From Bacteroides sp. CAG:709 (GTDB lineage: Bacteria; Bacteroidota; Bacteroidia; Bacteroidales; UBA932), in NCBI GenBank assembly GCA_000434935.1, contig FR882195.1:32326-96325 (forward strand): a stretch of 64,000 nt of DNA, written 5' to 3'. The first letter of the stretch is position 1, and every line of letters begins with the position of its first letter. The notes under the pieces are model-generated. The model was given only the letters and a program-made list of their open reading frames with translations, was not told the origin of the DNA and did no database searches. The position numbers and the translations under genes were made by a program. Below, in pieces: positions 48,718-60,300 of this stretch.

Positions 48718-50370
48718 CTATATCCCTTTCACATCGAAATACTTGAAACGGCGGATCTTGCGGGTGGCGGTCTTCTCGAACGGCTCTCGCAGAATCTGGA
48801 CGGCGCTCACCTTCGACGTGCGGTTCACATTCTTGTTTACGATGTTCAGAATCATTGACTTGTACTCCTCGATCTTGCGGAAGAACTCATCCTCGCCCTC
48901 CTGGTTCCAGTCGATGGTATTCTCATTGAACGTTACCAGCGCCACCAGCTTGCCGTCGCGCGGAATGATGATGGACTCGTTCACGTCATCGATGTTGTTG
49001 ATGACCTGCTCGATCTCCTCTGGGTAGATATTCTCACCCGAAGCCCCGAGAATCATGTTGCTCAGACGCCCTTTGATGAAATAACGTCCCTTCTCGTCCA
49101 GACACGCCAGGTCATTGGTCCGGAACCAGCCATCCTTCGTGAACGCCTTGCGGGTACGCTCCGGATCCTTGTAATAACCGAGCATGACATTCGGTCCCTT
49201 CGCAACTATCTCACCCTCACCGGTTTCCGGATTGATATTGTCAAGCCGCAACTCCACATTGCGGACCGGAACACCGATGGAACCCGGGAATCTGCTCCGC
49301 CCGACCGTGAAACTCAGCAACGGCGAAGTCTCCGTCAATCCATAACCGACCGCATACGGGAAACCCGCCTTCAGGAGGAAACGCTCCACCTCAATGTCCA
49401 GCTTCGCGCCGCCGATGCCGAAGAACGACAAATGGCCGCCGAAAGTCTTCTTCAGTTTCAGGCCAATGACTTTGCACATCAGCCAGTTCATGTTCTTGTC
49501 CATCCAGCTCAGCATCCGGCTTTTTCGTATTGTCGGCACGATACTGTTCCTGTAAATCTTCTCTATGATCAGCGGCACGGAAAGGATTGTCGTCGGTTTG
49601 ACCACCTGCATTGCCTTCAGCAGCAGGGCTGGGACAGGCGGCTTCGACATATAATATACGCTGGCGCCCACGAACATCGGATATAATACACCCAGAGTAA
49701 GTTCCAATGTATGTGACATCGGGAGAATCGACAGCCAGCGGTCCTTCTCCGTCCTGTGCTGCGAATGCCAGCAGGAAATTACGCAGGAAGAGAGATTCCT
49801 GTGGCTCAGGACCACGCCCTTGGCATTGCCCGTAGTGCCTGATGTATAGATGATTGTGGCGATATCATCCGGCATCGGCATTGCCACCTTCCCGTCACAA
49901 CGGAACTTGCTGTCATCCTTCTTGATTTCCTCGAAAGTCTCGATATCGATGACCAGCGTAAGTTTGTCAATGCATTCCTGCGTGACGTTCGGCAGAAGCT
50001 TCTTCGAAACGAAAAGCACCTTGGACTCAGAATGGTTCAGGATGTTTGTGACCTCATTGGCAGACGATTCCGGAAGAATCGGAATGGCAATGCGCCCGAA
50101 CGGAACGGTCGAGAAAAATGCGACAGTCCACTCCGGCATGTTCTGCGCCAGGATTGCCACCTTGTCAGACGCCCCGATTCCGAATTGCGTTAGCCTCTTC
50201 GACAGCATCTCGCATGTCCGCCTGAACTGCTCGTATGTATATTCGTGCTCAGTATCAATGACTTTCGACATCCGATTCTTCGCATACCTGCGCGTCGAAT
50301 ACTCATAAAGTTTACCGAGAGTGTCGATGTAAGATTCCCTGAACGAATTGCTGTGCCTTCTAAAAATCAT
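48718..50370 (-). CDS. Long-chain fatty acid-CoA ligase (AMP-binding enzyme family)
   Basis: 'IIYTSGTTGNAKGV' AMP-binding motif. Start set at the MIFRRH ATG (50370), downstream of a -7 promoter motif. The ORF-track start at 50424 lies upstream of that motif. Confidence 0.75.
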   Translation of the reverse strand: MIFRRHSNSFRESYIDTLGKLYEYSTRRYAKNRMSKVIDTEHEYTYEQFRRTCEMLSKRLTQFGIGASDKVAILAQNMPEWTVAFFSTVPFGRIAIPILPESSANEVTNILNHSESKVLFVSKKLLPNVTQECIDKLTLVIDIETFEEIKKDDSKFRCDGKVAMPMPDDIATIIYTSGTTGNAKGVVLSHRNLSSCVISCWHSQHRTEKDRWLSILPMSHTLELTLGVLYPMFVGASVYYMSKPPVPALLLKAMQVVKPTTILSVPLIIEKIYRNSIVPTIRKSRMLSWMDKNMNWLMCKVIGLKLKKTFGGHLSFFGIGGAKLDIEVERFLLKAGFPYAVGYGLTETSPLLSFTVGRSRFPGSIGVPVRNVELRLDNINPETGEGEIVAKGPNVMLGYYKDPERTRKAFTKDGWFRTNDLACLDEKGRYFIKGRLSNMILGASGENIYPEEIEQVINNIDDVNESIIIPRDGKLVALVTFNENTIDWNQEGEDEFFRKIEEYKSMILNIVNKNVNRTSKVSAVQILREPFEKTATRKIRRFKYFDVKGI

Positions 50371-50388
50371 GATTTTCAAATTTGGCTG

Positions 50389-50396
50389 CAAATGTA
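50389..50396 (-). promoter_or_regulatory. Candidate Bacteroides -7 promoter element (TACATTTG on the minus strand)
   Basis: TAnnTTTG match about 19 nt upstream of the ATG at 50370. Confidence 0.35.
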
Positions 50397-50532
50397 GGCA
50401 CAATGTATGAGACTTTTGTGACAAAAAAGTGAGGATGGATATTCCAAAACCGACGCGTAAATACCAAAAATACGTCCAACTTGCGAATTTTATGTAATAT
50501 AGGTAACTTTACGCGCTGTAACCCATACGGAT

Positions 50533-51498
50533 ATGGAGAAAGAAGACATAATGGATGCCATAGGAGGGACGTATCTGAAAGGACGCCTCTCCAAAACTTG
50601 GATTGAAGACAAATTCTGCATCATGGAAAACCTCGAATTTCAGGACGGGACACCACTGCAGAATGACAAACCATTAGTTCCTCGTCTCAGATTTCCATTG
50701 AAAGTCACGCTCACTATCAGCGTCTTTTGCCGTCAAGGCCGCATAACCATCCGAATCCAGCAGAAGGACTATGTCCTGGAAGCAGGGGGAATACTTGTCA
50801 TTTTCGGTGGCCAAATATTGGAAAATATTGAACTGCTGGAAGATACCAAGGTGATAATCGTCGCCATCAACTCTGAATATATCATGTCGGAAATGCGCGG
50901 ACCGCACGGTCGAAGCCTGCGTCAATGGCTTCTCCACAACCAGGAACCGGCCCTCGTCAGCATCCCGACCGATGAAGCCGACAACTACGACCGCCTCTGC
51001 CAATCCCTGAAATTCATCGTGAAGAACTCCGACACCAACACCGCCGACGGCATCCTCTCGGGATTCACCTACATATTCGCCAGCCTGCTGCTCAAGTGGC
51101 GCAGCATGATGACTGTCAATGATTCCGAGCCAATGCTTACGGACGCGGAACGAGAAGCGGAACCGGCAGTGTACTCGCGCGAGAGGGAAGTCCTCACACG
51201 CTTTCAGAACGATATCCATAATTTTTCCAGAAAGGACAGGACGGTGGGATTCTATGCCCGGAGGCAATGCATTTCCGAAAAGCATTTTTCACGTCTTGTG
51301 AAAAAAGCCAGCGGTCACAAACCACTGGAACTGATAAGGGAATATGTACTTCTGGATGCCAAAAGCCTACTTATTTCCGGAAAATACTCCATAAAAGAAG
51401 TATCGGAAACCCTTGGTTTCCAGAACCATTCGTTCTTTACCAGGTTTTTCAGATTGTCCACAGGCAAGACCCCGGGCGAATACATGAGAGAAGAATAA
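50533..51498 (+). CDS. AraC-family transcriptional regulator
   Basis: C-terminal 'HFSRLVKKASGHKPLELIREYVLLDAKSLL..SFFTRFFRLSTGKTPGEY' is an AraC HTH. Confidence 0.7.
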   Translation: MEKEDIMDAIGGTYLKGRLSKTWIEDKFCIMENLEFQDGTPLQNDKPLVPRLRFPLKVTLTISVFCRQGRITIRIQQKDYVLEAGGILVIFGGQILENIELLEDTKVIIVAINSEYIMSEMRGPHGRSLRQWLLHNQEPALVSIPTDEADNYDRLCQSLKFIVKNSDTNTADGILSGFTYIFASLLLKWRSMMTVNDSEPMLTDAEREAEPAVYSREREVLTRFQNDIHNFSRKDRTVGFYARRQCISEKHFSRLVKKASGHKPLELIREYVLLDAKSLLISGKYSIKEVSETLGFQNHSFFTRFFRLSTGKTPGEYMREE

Positions 51499-51508
51499 CT
51501 AGAATAAA

Positions 51509-52303
51509 ATGCAGAATAGACACATAGACAGAAAGAGGTATTTCGATGAACTGGCCAAGACGTCGGAAGAATTCTACATTGATTATCTGAAACCGTACAA
51601 GAACATTGGCCCCGGCTGTAAAGTCCTGGAAATCGGATGCGGCGAAGGCGGAAATCTCCTGCCTTTCGCGCAGGCAGGATGCAAGGTCGCCGGACTGGAT
51701 CTCGCAGCAGGCAAAATTGACAATGCCAGGAAATTTTTCGCCACACTCGAAACGGAAGGGGAGTTTGCCTGCGCGGACTTCCTTAAAACCAATCCTTTCG
51801 AGAAAGACGGACTCTTCGACATCATTCTCATACACGATGTCATTGAACATATTGAACCTGAAGGGAAAGACGCATTTTTCGAGAGGCTGAAAATGTATCT
51901 GAAACCGGACGGCATCATCTTTTTCGCCTTTCCTGCATGGCAAATGCCTTTCGGCGGACACCAGCAGATTTGCCGGAGCAAGGTCTGCTCCAAGGTCCCG
52001 TTCATGCACGTGCTGCCTGTTTTCATGTATAAGGCGTGGCTTAAAATGTTCGGAGAACAGAAAGACAAGATTGATGAACTGCTGAGTATCAAGCGGTCAC
52101 GCATGACTCCGGAAAAATTCGAAAAATTGTGTGCCGGGCATGGATATGAGATAAAAGACCGCATTTTCTGGTTCTTCAGCCCTCATTACAAGACCAAGTT
52201 CAACCTCACTCCGCACCGTTTGTGGAAGCCCCTTGCCCACATACCGTATCTGCGCAACTGGTTCACGACTTCCTGTTTTTACCTGATAGAAGAATCCAAG
52301 TAA
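51509..52303 (+). CDS. Class I SAM-dependent methyltransferase
   Basis: Motif I 'VLEIGCGEGGN' and post-I 'KVAGLDL'. Confidence 0.7.
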   Translation: MQNRHIDRKRYFDELAKTSEEFYIDYLKPYKNIGPGCKVLEIGCGEGGNLLPFAQAGCKVAGLDLAAGKIDNARKFFATLETEGEFACADFLKTNPFEKDGLFDIILIHDVIEHIEPEGKDAFFERLKMYLKPDGIIFFAFPAWQMPFGGHQQICRSKVCSKVPFMHVLPVFMYKAWLKMFGEQKDKIDELLSIKRSRMTPEKFEKLCAGHGYEIKDRIFWFFSPHYKTKFNLTPHRLWKPLAHIPYLRNWFTTSCFYLIEESK

Positions 52304-52310
52304 GCATTGA

Positions 52311-52348
52311 AAAATAAAAAACTCCCGGACCATCAAGCCCGGGAGTTA
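52311..52348. terminator. Bidirectional hairpin terminator (AACTCCCGG-N9-CCGGGAGTT) flanked by A-rich and T-rich runs
   Basis: Perfect 9-bp stem between convergent genes. On the minus strand it is followed by TTTTTTATTTTTC. Confidence 0.6.
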
Positions 52349-52367
52349 CTCAATATATCAAGCTGCC

Positions 52368-55199
52368 TTATTCTGCCTCGGCAGCAGCGTCAGGACGCAT
52401 GATTACGGTCTTGGCAATGCCGGATGCCAGAATCTCGTTCAGAATATTCTGGATATCAGCAGGTTTCAGATTCTTGATGCAATTCTCATACTCCTTGTCA
52501 TAGTCAATGCCGTAAGTATTGGCAAATCTGAGGGCTCCGAGCCAGTATTCATTGGAAATTCTGGACTCAGGGATATTCTTCTCAAGATTCTTGACTGTCA
52601 TGTCGAACTCTTCTGCAGTAGGACCGTCCTTTGCGAGAGAATTCAGACCTTCGATGCTCAATTCCACGAGCTTGTCGGCTGCAACCGGCTTGGTGTCGAA
52701 GTAAACCTGAAGTGTAGCCTCCGGTTTAGGAAGGATTGAAATCTCGCCATGGGTAGAAGCGCCGTATGTGCCGCCCTCATCCTCGCGGAGAGACTTGGTA
52801 TATCTCATGTCGAGAATATAAGTTGCAGCAGAAAGCGCCACGTCATCCAGAAGCCTGTACTCCTTCAGCTTGGCGTCAGATACCTCGATTACAGTTACTT
52901 TCGGAGTCTGCATGTCTACCTTGAAGTCATTTGTGACCTTGCCGGGAAGCATATTCTTGTTGTTGTCCACCCAATTCAGAGGCTTCTTGCCCTTCTTGAT
53001 GGAACCGAGATATTTCTCAACAAGAGGTTTGATGGTCTCAATGTCGAAGTCTCCGCAAATGTTGATGGTCGCGCCGGCAGCATCATTGAAAAGCATCCTG
53101 TAATTCTTCTCGATTGTGCCGAGATTTGCCTTGTCGAGAGTCTCCTCGCTGATGACGATGTTACGTGGATTGTCTCCGTAAAGTGTCTTCTGGAGCTCTT
53201 TTGTGAACTTGTAGCTTGGCTGGAGAACGAAGTTCGGCAATACCGCACGAAGCTGGTTTATAGCTTTGTCGAACTCTGCCTGGTCGAAACGAGGGTCTGC
53301 GAAATAGAGGTATGCAAGCTGCAATGCCGTCTCGAGATCTTTCGGAGTGCTGCTTCCCCTTACGCCATGTCTGAGGGCATTGAGGTAAGGCTCAACACCT
53401 ACATTCTTGCCTGAAAGCATCTTGCTGACGGTAGTGCCCGGGAACTTGGAAATTCCGCAGAATCCCTGGAATGCGCCCCAGACATTGCTTTCGAAGCTGT
53501 TGAGATCTCCGGTAGGAATGAGCGACGTGCCGCCGTTCTTGTAAAGGTCGAACACGACTTTGTCTTTTTCCTCGGTAGACGGACGGAGAACCACGGTCAG
53601 GCCGTTCTTCAGTGTCCATACGGTGCTTCCGTAGATTCCTTCTGTTTCTGACTTGATGGCACTGCCCTTCAATGTAGCAGGATCGAGGAAGTTGCTTTCA
53701 ATGCTTTCCGCCTCGTTAGGCTTGATTTCAGATACCTTGACAACGTCGATGGCATTCTGGAAATCAGCTGTGGTCGGCTGCTCAAGTCCTTCTTTTTCAG
53801 GAGCTTTGTAGATTACGACCATGTTGTTGTCCGGAATGATCTGCGCAACTGTCTGGTTGATTGCCTGGTCAGGAATCATGTTGAACAGCTGTTTTACGAG
53901 CTCATACTCCGTCTCAGGTGCCATGTAAGCATAATTGTCGAAGAAATTGTTCATGAGAGGCTCTACCAGCTCTTCATTCTTTCTGGTGTCAGCCTTCTTC
54001 GCAGCACTTTCGAAATAAGCCAGGAGGTCATCCTTCGCCCTGGAAATCTCATCGCTGCTGAAACCGTATTTCTTCATTTTCTCGACTTCATAAAGGAACG
54101 CCTTGAATGCCTTTACAGCCTCGCCTTCATGAGAATTGATTCTTCCCATGACCACTTCAGTAGTCTCGCAGATGTTTCCGATTCCGAAACCTGCGCTGGT
54201 AAACGGAGCATCGGCAGAAGCTGTAATGTCGCCGAGTCTCTCGTTCATGATATTGGAAATCAGCATTTTGAGAAGCTCTGACAATTCACCTGTTACAGTG
54301 CTGTTGAATTCCTCAGGCATAGCCTCGCTCTTCCAATAAACTTCTACGGATGTACCTACAGCCTCAGGGTCAGTGATAATGCCGATCAGCGGTTTTTCAT
54401 TGTCCGGAATCTTGATGACATCCTTCGGTTTCGGATTCTCAGCAGCAGGAATGTCGGCAAATGTCCTCTTGATGACGTTCTCCACATAGTCCGGGTCAAT
54501 GTCACCGACTACGATGAGTGCCTGAAGGTCAGGACGATACCATGTGTGATAGAACGTCGTAAGGCTTTCAGGCTTGAAGGTCTCCAGATTCTCCTGGCTT
54601 CCGATGATGGAGCATGTTGCATATTTGCTGTCACCGTACATATAAGGTCTGGATTTCTCCGACATTCTCCATCCGGCATTTCTTCTGGTACGTCTTTCCT
54701 CCAGGATGACACCTCTTTCTGCATCGATTTCTGCAGGGTCGCAAGTTACGAAATGCGAGTAGTCATGCATGATGAGGATGCAGGTATCAATGACTGTAGG
54801 ACGTACAAGCGGAATGTTGTTCAGCATGTAGGTCGTCTGCTCCACGCCGGTCTGTGCATTGACATTGCCTCCGAAGGACGCACCGATGCTCTGGAGATAG
54901 TCGAGGATTGCCTTGCCCGGGAAATTCTTGGTCCCGTTGAAGCACATGTGCTCCAGAAAATGCGCAAGTCCGTCCTGGTCAGGAGTTTCCTGAATGGCAC
55001 CGACATTGGTGGCAAGATAAAACTCAGCGCGGTTTGCCGGCTGGCTGTTCTTCATGATGTAATAGGTCATGCCGTTTTCCAGTTTTCCCTTTCGGACGGC
55101 AGGATCATTTGGCAGCTGCTGGTCCATCTGCGCATTCGCCGAAAATGCGAAAGCGGTGAACAATGCAGCGAAAATCAAAATGAATTTTCTCATATCCAA
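52368..55199 (-). CDS. M16-family zinc metallopeptidase (insulinase/pitrilysin-like, tandem M16 domains)
   Basis: Signal peptide. The inverted zincin motif 'HFLEHMCF' (HxxEH) is near the N-terminus. 943 aa. Confidence 0.8.
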   Translation of the reverse strand: MDMRKFILIFAALFTAFAFSANAQMDQQLPNDPAVRKGKLENGMTYYIMKNSQPANRAEFYLATNVGAIQETPDQDGLAHFLEHMCFNGTKNFPGKAILDYLQSIGASFGGNVNAQTGVEQTTYMLNNIPLVRPTVIDTCILIMHDYSHFVTCDPAEIDAERGVILEERRTRRNAGWRMSEKSRPYMYGDSKYATCSIIGSQENLETFKPESLTTFYHTWYRPDLQALIVVGDIDPDYVENVIKRTFADIPAAENPKPKDVIKIPDNEKPLIGIITDPEAVGTSVEVYWKSEAMPEEFNSTVTGELSELLKMLISNIMNERLGDITASADAPFTSAGFGIGNICETTEVVMGRINSHEGEAVKAFKAFLYEVEKMKKYGFSSDEISRAKDDLLAYFESAAKKADTRKNEELVEPLMNNFFDNYAYMAPETEYELVKQLFNMIPDQAINQTVAQIIPDNNMVVIYKAPEKEGLEQPTTADFQNAIDVVKVSEIKPNEAESIESNFLDPATLKGSAIKSETEGIYGSTVWTLKNGLTVVLRPSTEEKDKVVFDLYKNGGTSLIPTGDLNSFESNVWGAFQGFCGISKFPGTTVSKMLSGKNVGVEPYLNALRHGVRGSSTPKDLETALQLAYLYFADPRFDQAEFDKAINQLRAVLPNFVLQPSYKFTKELQKTLYGDNPRNIVISEETLDKANLGTIEKNYRMLFNDAAGATINICGDFDIETIKPLVEKYLGSIKKGKKPLNWVDNNKNMLPGKVTNDFKVDMQTPKVTVIEVSDAKLKEYRLLDDVALSAATYILDMRYTKSLREDEGGTYGASTHGEISILPKPEATLQVYFDTKPVAADKLVELSIEGLNSLAKDGPTAEEFDMTVKNLEKNIPESRISNEYWLGALRFANTYGIDYDKEYENCIKNLKPADIQNILNEILASGIAKTVIMRPDAAAEAE

Positions 55200-55330
55200 T
55201 AATTTAAATTGATATTCAAAATCGCTTGTGTAGCAGCAAAAAACTACTGCAAAATCAATGCAATTTATAAAGATTAATGTAATCCGGCAAAAAAATGTTA
55301 AATTTGTTTTTCCGAAAAAGTGAAGATAAT

Positions 55331-56278
55331 ATGTTCGAAGATTTCAGGCTGAAGGTGTTCATGGCGGTCGCCGAGACAGGAAGTTTTACCAAAGCGGCCA
55401 AGAGCATCGGCATCAGCCAGCCGGCAGTCAGCCAGAATATCAATGCATTGGAAAAGGAAATCGGCACGCCGCTTATACTGCGGGCGAAAGGTGAAGCTTC
55501 CCTTACCAGTGCCGGAGCGGTTTTCCTGGAGTATGCTTCGCGCATATTATATTGGTACAATGCGACTTCCGAAATGTTCGGTGAAAACGGACGCATGACG
55601 GGAGGAAAGCCGGTACGGATTGCCGCCGACCACGTGGTCGCCTCGTATCTGTTGCCTGATGCATTGGCCCGTATTGCCGGATCTCACCCTGAATTCTCAT
55701 TTGAAGTGAGACATATCGATCCTGCGATAACGCGTGCCACCACCAATTCCGACGTCCCTGGTACGCATTTCGGCACCCCCGAAGATGCCGACGTGGAAAT
55801 TTCCGTGGCGCCGAGTCCGGAGACCATGGATTTCGAAGGTGAGCGCAAGCTTGTAGGCGTCATGGAAGCCATGGTAATCGCATCTCCACAGAACCGTTCC
55901 GTGATCAATGCCGCCGTTTCTGAAGAGGACAATGCCTTTACGGTCAAGCCTTTTTCCACCATTGCCGGCATACCGGTCTCCAACAGATTCGCGGTCTGGA
56001 GCGGTTATACCAGATTCTTTTCGCCTGATTTACAGGCACGTACGGCGATTGTCTCAGATTCCGCTGAAACCATCAAGTCCATGGTCGCCGACTCTGTGGC
56101 ATTGGTCGGCATTGTTCCTGCAATGTCCGTCAGGCGCGAACTGGCTGCCGGCACCTTGCTCCAGATGCCCGTACTTCTCCCGGATTTCGCATTCGATGTC
56201 CATTTCAATGCCCTGCCGGAGTTCGAGGGCCGCACGATCTGCCAGCTCCTCCGCAACACCATGAAAGATAATTTATAA
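55331..56278 (+). CDS. LysR-family transcriptional regulator
   Basis: N-terminal HTH 'FMAVAETGSFTKAAKSIGISQPAVSQNINALE'. Start set at the MFEDFR ATG (55331). Confidence 0.7.
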   Translation: MFEDFRLKVFMAVAETGSFTKAAKSIGISQPAVSQNINALEKEIGTPLILRAKGEASLTSAGAVFLEYASRILYWYNATSEMFGENGRMTGGKPVRIAADHVVASYLLPDALARIAGSHPEFSFEVRHIDPAITRATTNSDVPGTHFGTPEDADVEISVAPSPETMDFEGERKLVGVMEAMVIASPQNRSVINAAVSEEDNAFTVKPFSTIAGIPVSNRFAVWSGYTRFFSPDLQARTAIVSDSAETIKSMVADSVALVGIVPAMSVRRELAAGTLLQMPVLLPDFAFDVHFNALPEFEGRTICQLLRNTMKDNL

Positions 56279-56290
56279 CCATATAGTTCA

Positions 56291-57307
56291 ATGAAAAACT
56301 TGATTTCTGTAATCTGCGCAGCCGCTCTCGGCTCGCTGATGATTTGTGCCAATGCTGCTGAACCTTTTCAGCCGCTCACCAAGTTACGTCCGTCAATGAC
56401 GTTGAAACTTTACCCTGAAGGACAGAATGTCGACAAGGGAATTGTCGAAAACGGACAGGCCATCACCCTCGGACCGGGGGAGTCCAACGGAATTACCGGG
56501 GAAGAGACAATGCCGGAGAACGGCAATATCGGCAGGATCAATGATGATGCTCGCATTGACATTTATTTGCCGAAACGTCCTAACGGACAGATGATTGTGG
56601 TATGTCCCGGCGGTGGTTATGCCATTGTTTCCTCTTTCAATGAGGGGGCTTATGTAGCTGACTGGTGCGTTAAGCAGGGCATTGCAGTCTGTGTCGTGAA
56701 ATATCGTCTTCCGAATGGTCATTGGACAGTTCCTCTTACTGATGTGCAGAACGCATTCCGTTATTGCCGTGCTCATGCGGCCGAGTGGGGAATCCGACAG
56801 ATTGGTGTAATGGGCTTCTCGGCCGGCGGTCATCTTGCAGCGTCCGCTTCCACATTGTATGTCGACAAGGTTACCCGTCCGGATTTTTCCATTCTTATCT
56901 ATCCGGTAATCACCATGGACCTTTCATTGACCCATCGCGGCACCCATGACAACCTGCTCGGAAAGGAGGGCAAGTGGCTCGACAAATCCTTGAGTGTCAA
57001 TGATTATGAGAAGAATAAAGCACAATATGACTCTCTCATGGAACATTACTCCATGGAAAAACAGGTGACTTCCGATACGCCTGCGACAATGCTCTACTTG
57101 AGTACTGATGACAAGACCGTGAATCCGGAAAACAGTTTCATGTACTATGACCAGCTGAAAGCACATGGGGTTCAATGCCAGATGTATGTACTCCCGTATG
57201 GCGGTCATGGCTGGGGATTCACTACGGTAGAATTCAAAGGTGACAAGATTGCAGCCTATCGTCCGGTTTTCTTCCAGACCTTGAAGACATGGTTGTCTGA
57301 ATTGTAA
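56291..57307 (+). CDS. Secreted alpha/beta-hydrolase-fold esterase
   Basis: Signal peptide. Nucleophile elbow 'GFSAGGHLAA' and the C-terminal 'GGHGW' His region. Confidence 0.65.
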   Translation: MKNLISVICAAALGSLMICANAAEPFQPLTKLRPSMTLKLYPEGQNVDKGIVENGQAITLGPGESNGITGEETMPENGNIGRINDDARIDIYLPKRPNGQMIVVCPGGGYAIVSSFNEGAYVADWCVKQGIAVCVVKYRLPNGHWTVPLTDVQNAFRYCRAHAAEWGIRQIGVMGFSAGGHLAASASTLYVDKVTRPDFSILIYPVITMDLSLTHRGTHDNLLGKEGKWLDKSLSVNDYEKNKAQYDSLMEHYSMEKQVTSDTPATMLYLSTDDKTVNPENSFMYYDQLKAHGVQCQMYVLPYGGHGWGFTTVEFKGDKIAAYRPVFFQTLKTWLSEL

Positions 57308-57323
57308 AAAATATTCATATAAT

Positions 57324-57359
57324 AAAAAACCCTGGAGCCGTCTGACCCCAGGGTTTTTT
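57324..57359. terminator. Bidirectional rho-independent terminator (AAAAAACCCTGG-N11-CCAGGGTTTTTT)
   Basis: Stem ACCCTGG/CCAGGGT with an A-tract on one side and a T-tract on the other, between convergent genes. Confidence 0.7.
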
Positions 57360-57377
57360 ATGTATTACCCGCAAAGA

Positions 57378-60300
57378 CTATTTGCCTGCGAGTTTCTTGT
57401 AAGACTCAAGACGGATCTTCGCGAATTCCTCTGTCTTCTGGAGAAGTTCATCTGCCTTGTCAGGGAAGAGCTTGTAGAGTGATGCGAAACGAACCTCGCC
57501 CTTCAGGAAGTCCTGGAACTTGCTCCAGTCAGGCTCCTTGCTGTCGAGAGAGAACGGATTCTTGTCTGTTCCTTCGAGTTCAGGATTGAACCTGTAGAGG
57601 TGCCAGTAACCGCACTCGACTGCGAGTTTCTCCTCTTTCTGGCTGAGACCCATTCCGGCCTTCAGACCATGGTTGATACAAGGTGCGTAAGCGATGATGA
57701 GTGATGGACCGTCATAAGCCTCAGCCTCTTTGATAGCGTTCAGGTACTGAACAGGGTTTGCACCCATAGCTACCTGAGCCACATATACATAGCCATAGCT
57801 CATTGCCATCATTCCGAGATCCTTCTTGCGGATCTTCTTGCCGCTTGCCGCGAACTTGGCGATAGCACCTGCAGGAGTTGACTTGGATGACTGTCCGCCG
57901 GTGTTCGAGTAAACCTCAGTATCAAGTACGAGGATGTTTACATTCTCACCGGAAGCGAGCACGTGGTCGAGTCCGCCGTATCCGATATCGTAGCTTGCAC
58001 CGTCACCACCGATGATCCACTGGCTGCGTGCAGCAAGGAACTTCTTGTATGTGAGGAGTTTCTTGCAATGAGGGCAATCAGTGTTCTCCATGAGAGGGAC
58101 AAGCTTGTCTGCTACCTCACGTGTGACAGCAGGATTGTTCTTGTTCTCAAGCCACTGCTTGAAGAGCTCCTTGATTTCGTCAGAAGCCTTGTCGCAGTCG
58201 AGACCCTGTGTCATGATTTCTGCGATAGTCTGTCTTATGCGGTCAGAACCGAGTTTCATACCGAGACCGAACTCGCAGAAGTCCTCGAAGAGGGAGTTGG
58301 CCCAAGCCGGACCGTGACCTTCAGCATTGGTGCAATATGGAGATGCAGGGAAAGATGCTCCGTAGATTGAAGAACATCCGGTAGCATTGGCAATCATCAT
58401 TCTGTCGCCGAAGAGCTGGGTGATGTTCTTGATGTATGGAGTCTCGCCGCAACCTGCGCAAGCGCCTGAGAATTCGAACAATGGCTGTGCGAACTGTGAG
58501 TTCTTCACGCTCTGTGCCTTGTTTACGACAGTTTCTTTGTAACCTAACTTTGTATTGAGGAAGTCGAAGTTCTCCTGCTCAGCCTGTGCGTCGAGAGCTG
58601 AAACCATGACGAGTGCTTTCTCCTTGGCAGGACATACGTCTACGCAGTTTCCGCAACCTGTACAGTCTGCAACGGAAACAGAAAGCGCGAACTTGTAGTC
58701 CTTGAGGTTTGCCTTGCCCTGTGCAAGTTTGAGACCTGCAGGAGCTGCAGCTGCCTCCTCTTCGTTGAGAAGGAACGGACGGATAGCTGCGTGAGGGCAG
58801 ACAAATGCACAAGTGTTGCACTGGATACAGTTGTCTGGCTGCCACTGAGGTACGAACACTGCCACGCCACGTTTTTCGTAAGCGGCCGTGCCGGCAGGCA
58901 TTGTGCCGTCAACGTAAGGCATGAATGAGCTTACAGGAAGAGTGTCACCTGCCTGTGAGTTCACTACGTCAGCGATTTCCTTCACGAATTCAGGTGCGAG
59001 ACGGTCCTTGTTAGGGTTCTCGAACTTGGCTGTGATGTTAGCCCACTCTTCAGGAACATTGACCTGCTCATACTCGCCGCCGCGGTCTACTGCTGCATAG
59101 TTCATGTTGACAACCTTCTCGCCCTTCTTGCCGTAGCTCTTCACGATGGCGTCCTTCATATATTTTACAGCGTCCTCGTAAGGAATGATGCCTGTAATCT
59201 TGAAGAATGCAGACTGGAGGATGGTGTTGGTCCTTCCGCCGAGTCCGATTTCTGATGCGATCTTGGTAGCGTCAATGATATAGAACTTGATGTGCTTCTT
59301 GGCGAGGGTAGCTTTTACGAATTCAGGGAGTCTCTTGACGGTCTCTTCTGCATTCCAAAGGCTGTTCAGAAGGAAGGTGCCGCCGTCCTTGATGCCCTTC
59401 AATACGTCATATTTGCGCAGATATGAAGGAACGTGGCAAGCTACGAAGTCAGGGGTGGACACGAGGTACGGAGCCTTGATTGCCGCATCACCGAATCTGA
59501 GGTGAGAGCAGGTGTAACCGCCTGATTTCTTGGAATCGTAGTCGAAATAACCCTGGCAATATTTGTTCGTGTGGTTACCGATGATCTTGATGGTGTTCTT
59601 GTTGGCACCTACTGTACCGTCAGAACCGAGACCATAGAATTTGCACTCTGCGGTGCCTGGTTTCACGATGGAGATTTCCTTCTTGATAGGGAGAGACTTG
59701 AATGTGACGTCATCTACGATACCGATGGTGAAATCATTCTTAGGTTCAGCCTGCTCAAGATTGTCGAATACGGCAACGATCTGTGCAGGGGTTGTGTCCT
59801 TTGAAGAAAGACCATAGCGGCCGCCGATGATGACCGGCTCCATGTCCTTTCCCTGGAACATTGCCTTCACGTCGAGGTAGAGAGGCTCTCCGAGTGATCC
59901 CGGCTCCTTGGTCCTGTCGAGAACGGCAATCTTCTTCACGCTCTTAGGCAGCACCTTGAAGAAATACTTCTCTGAGAAAGGTCTGTAAAGGTGAACGGAA
60001 ACGACACCATATTTTCTTCCGTGAGCTTCGAGATAGTCGATGGTCTCCTTGATGGTTTCTGTTACGGAACCCATTGCCACGATAATTTCTTCAGCATCAG
60101 GTGCTCCATAATATTCGAATGGACGGTAGTTTCTGCCGGTAAGTTCACCGAGCTCGCCCATGTAACGTGCAACTACGTCAGGAACAGCATCATAGAACTG
60201 ATTTCTGGACTCTACTGCCTGGAAATACACGTCACCGTTCTGTGCGGTACCTCTGGTTACAGGAGACTCCGGAGTAAGAGCTCTTGCTCTGAATTTCTCA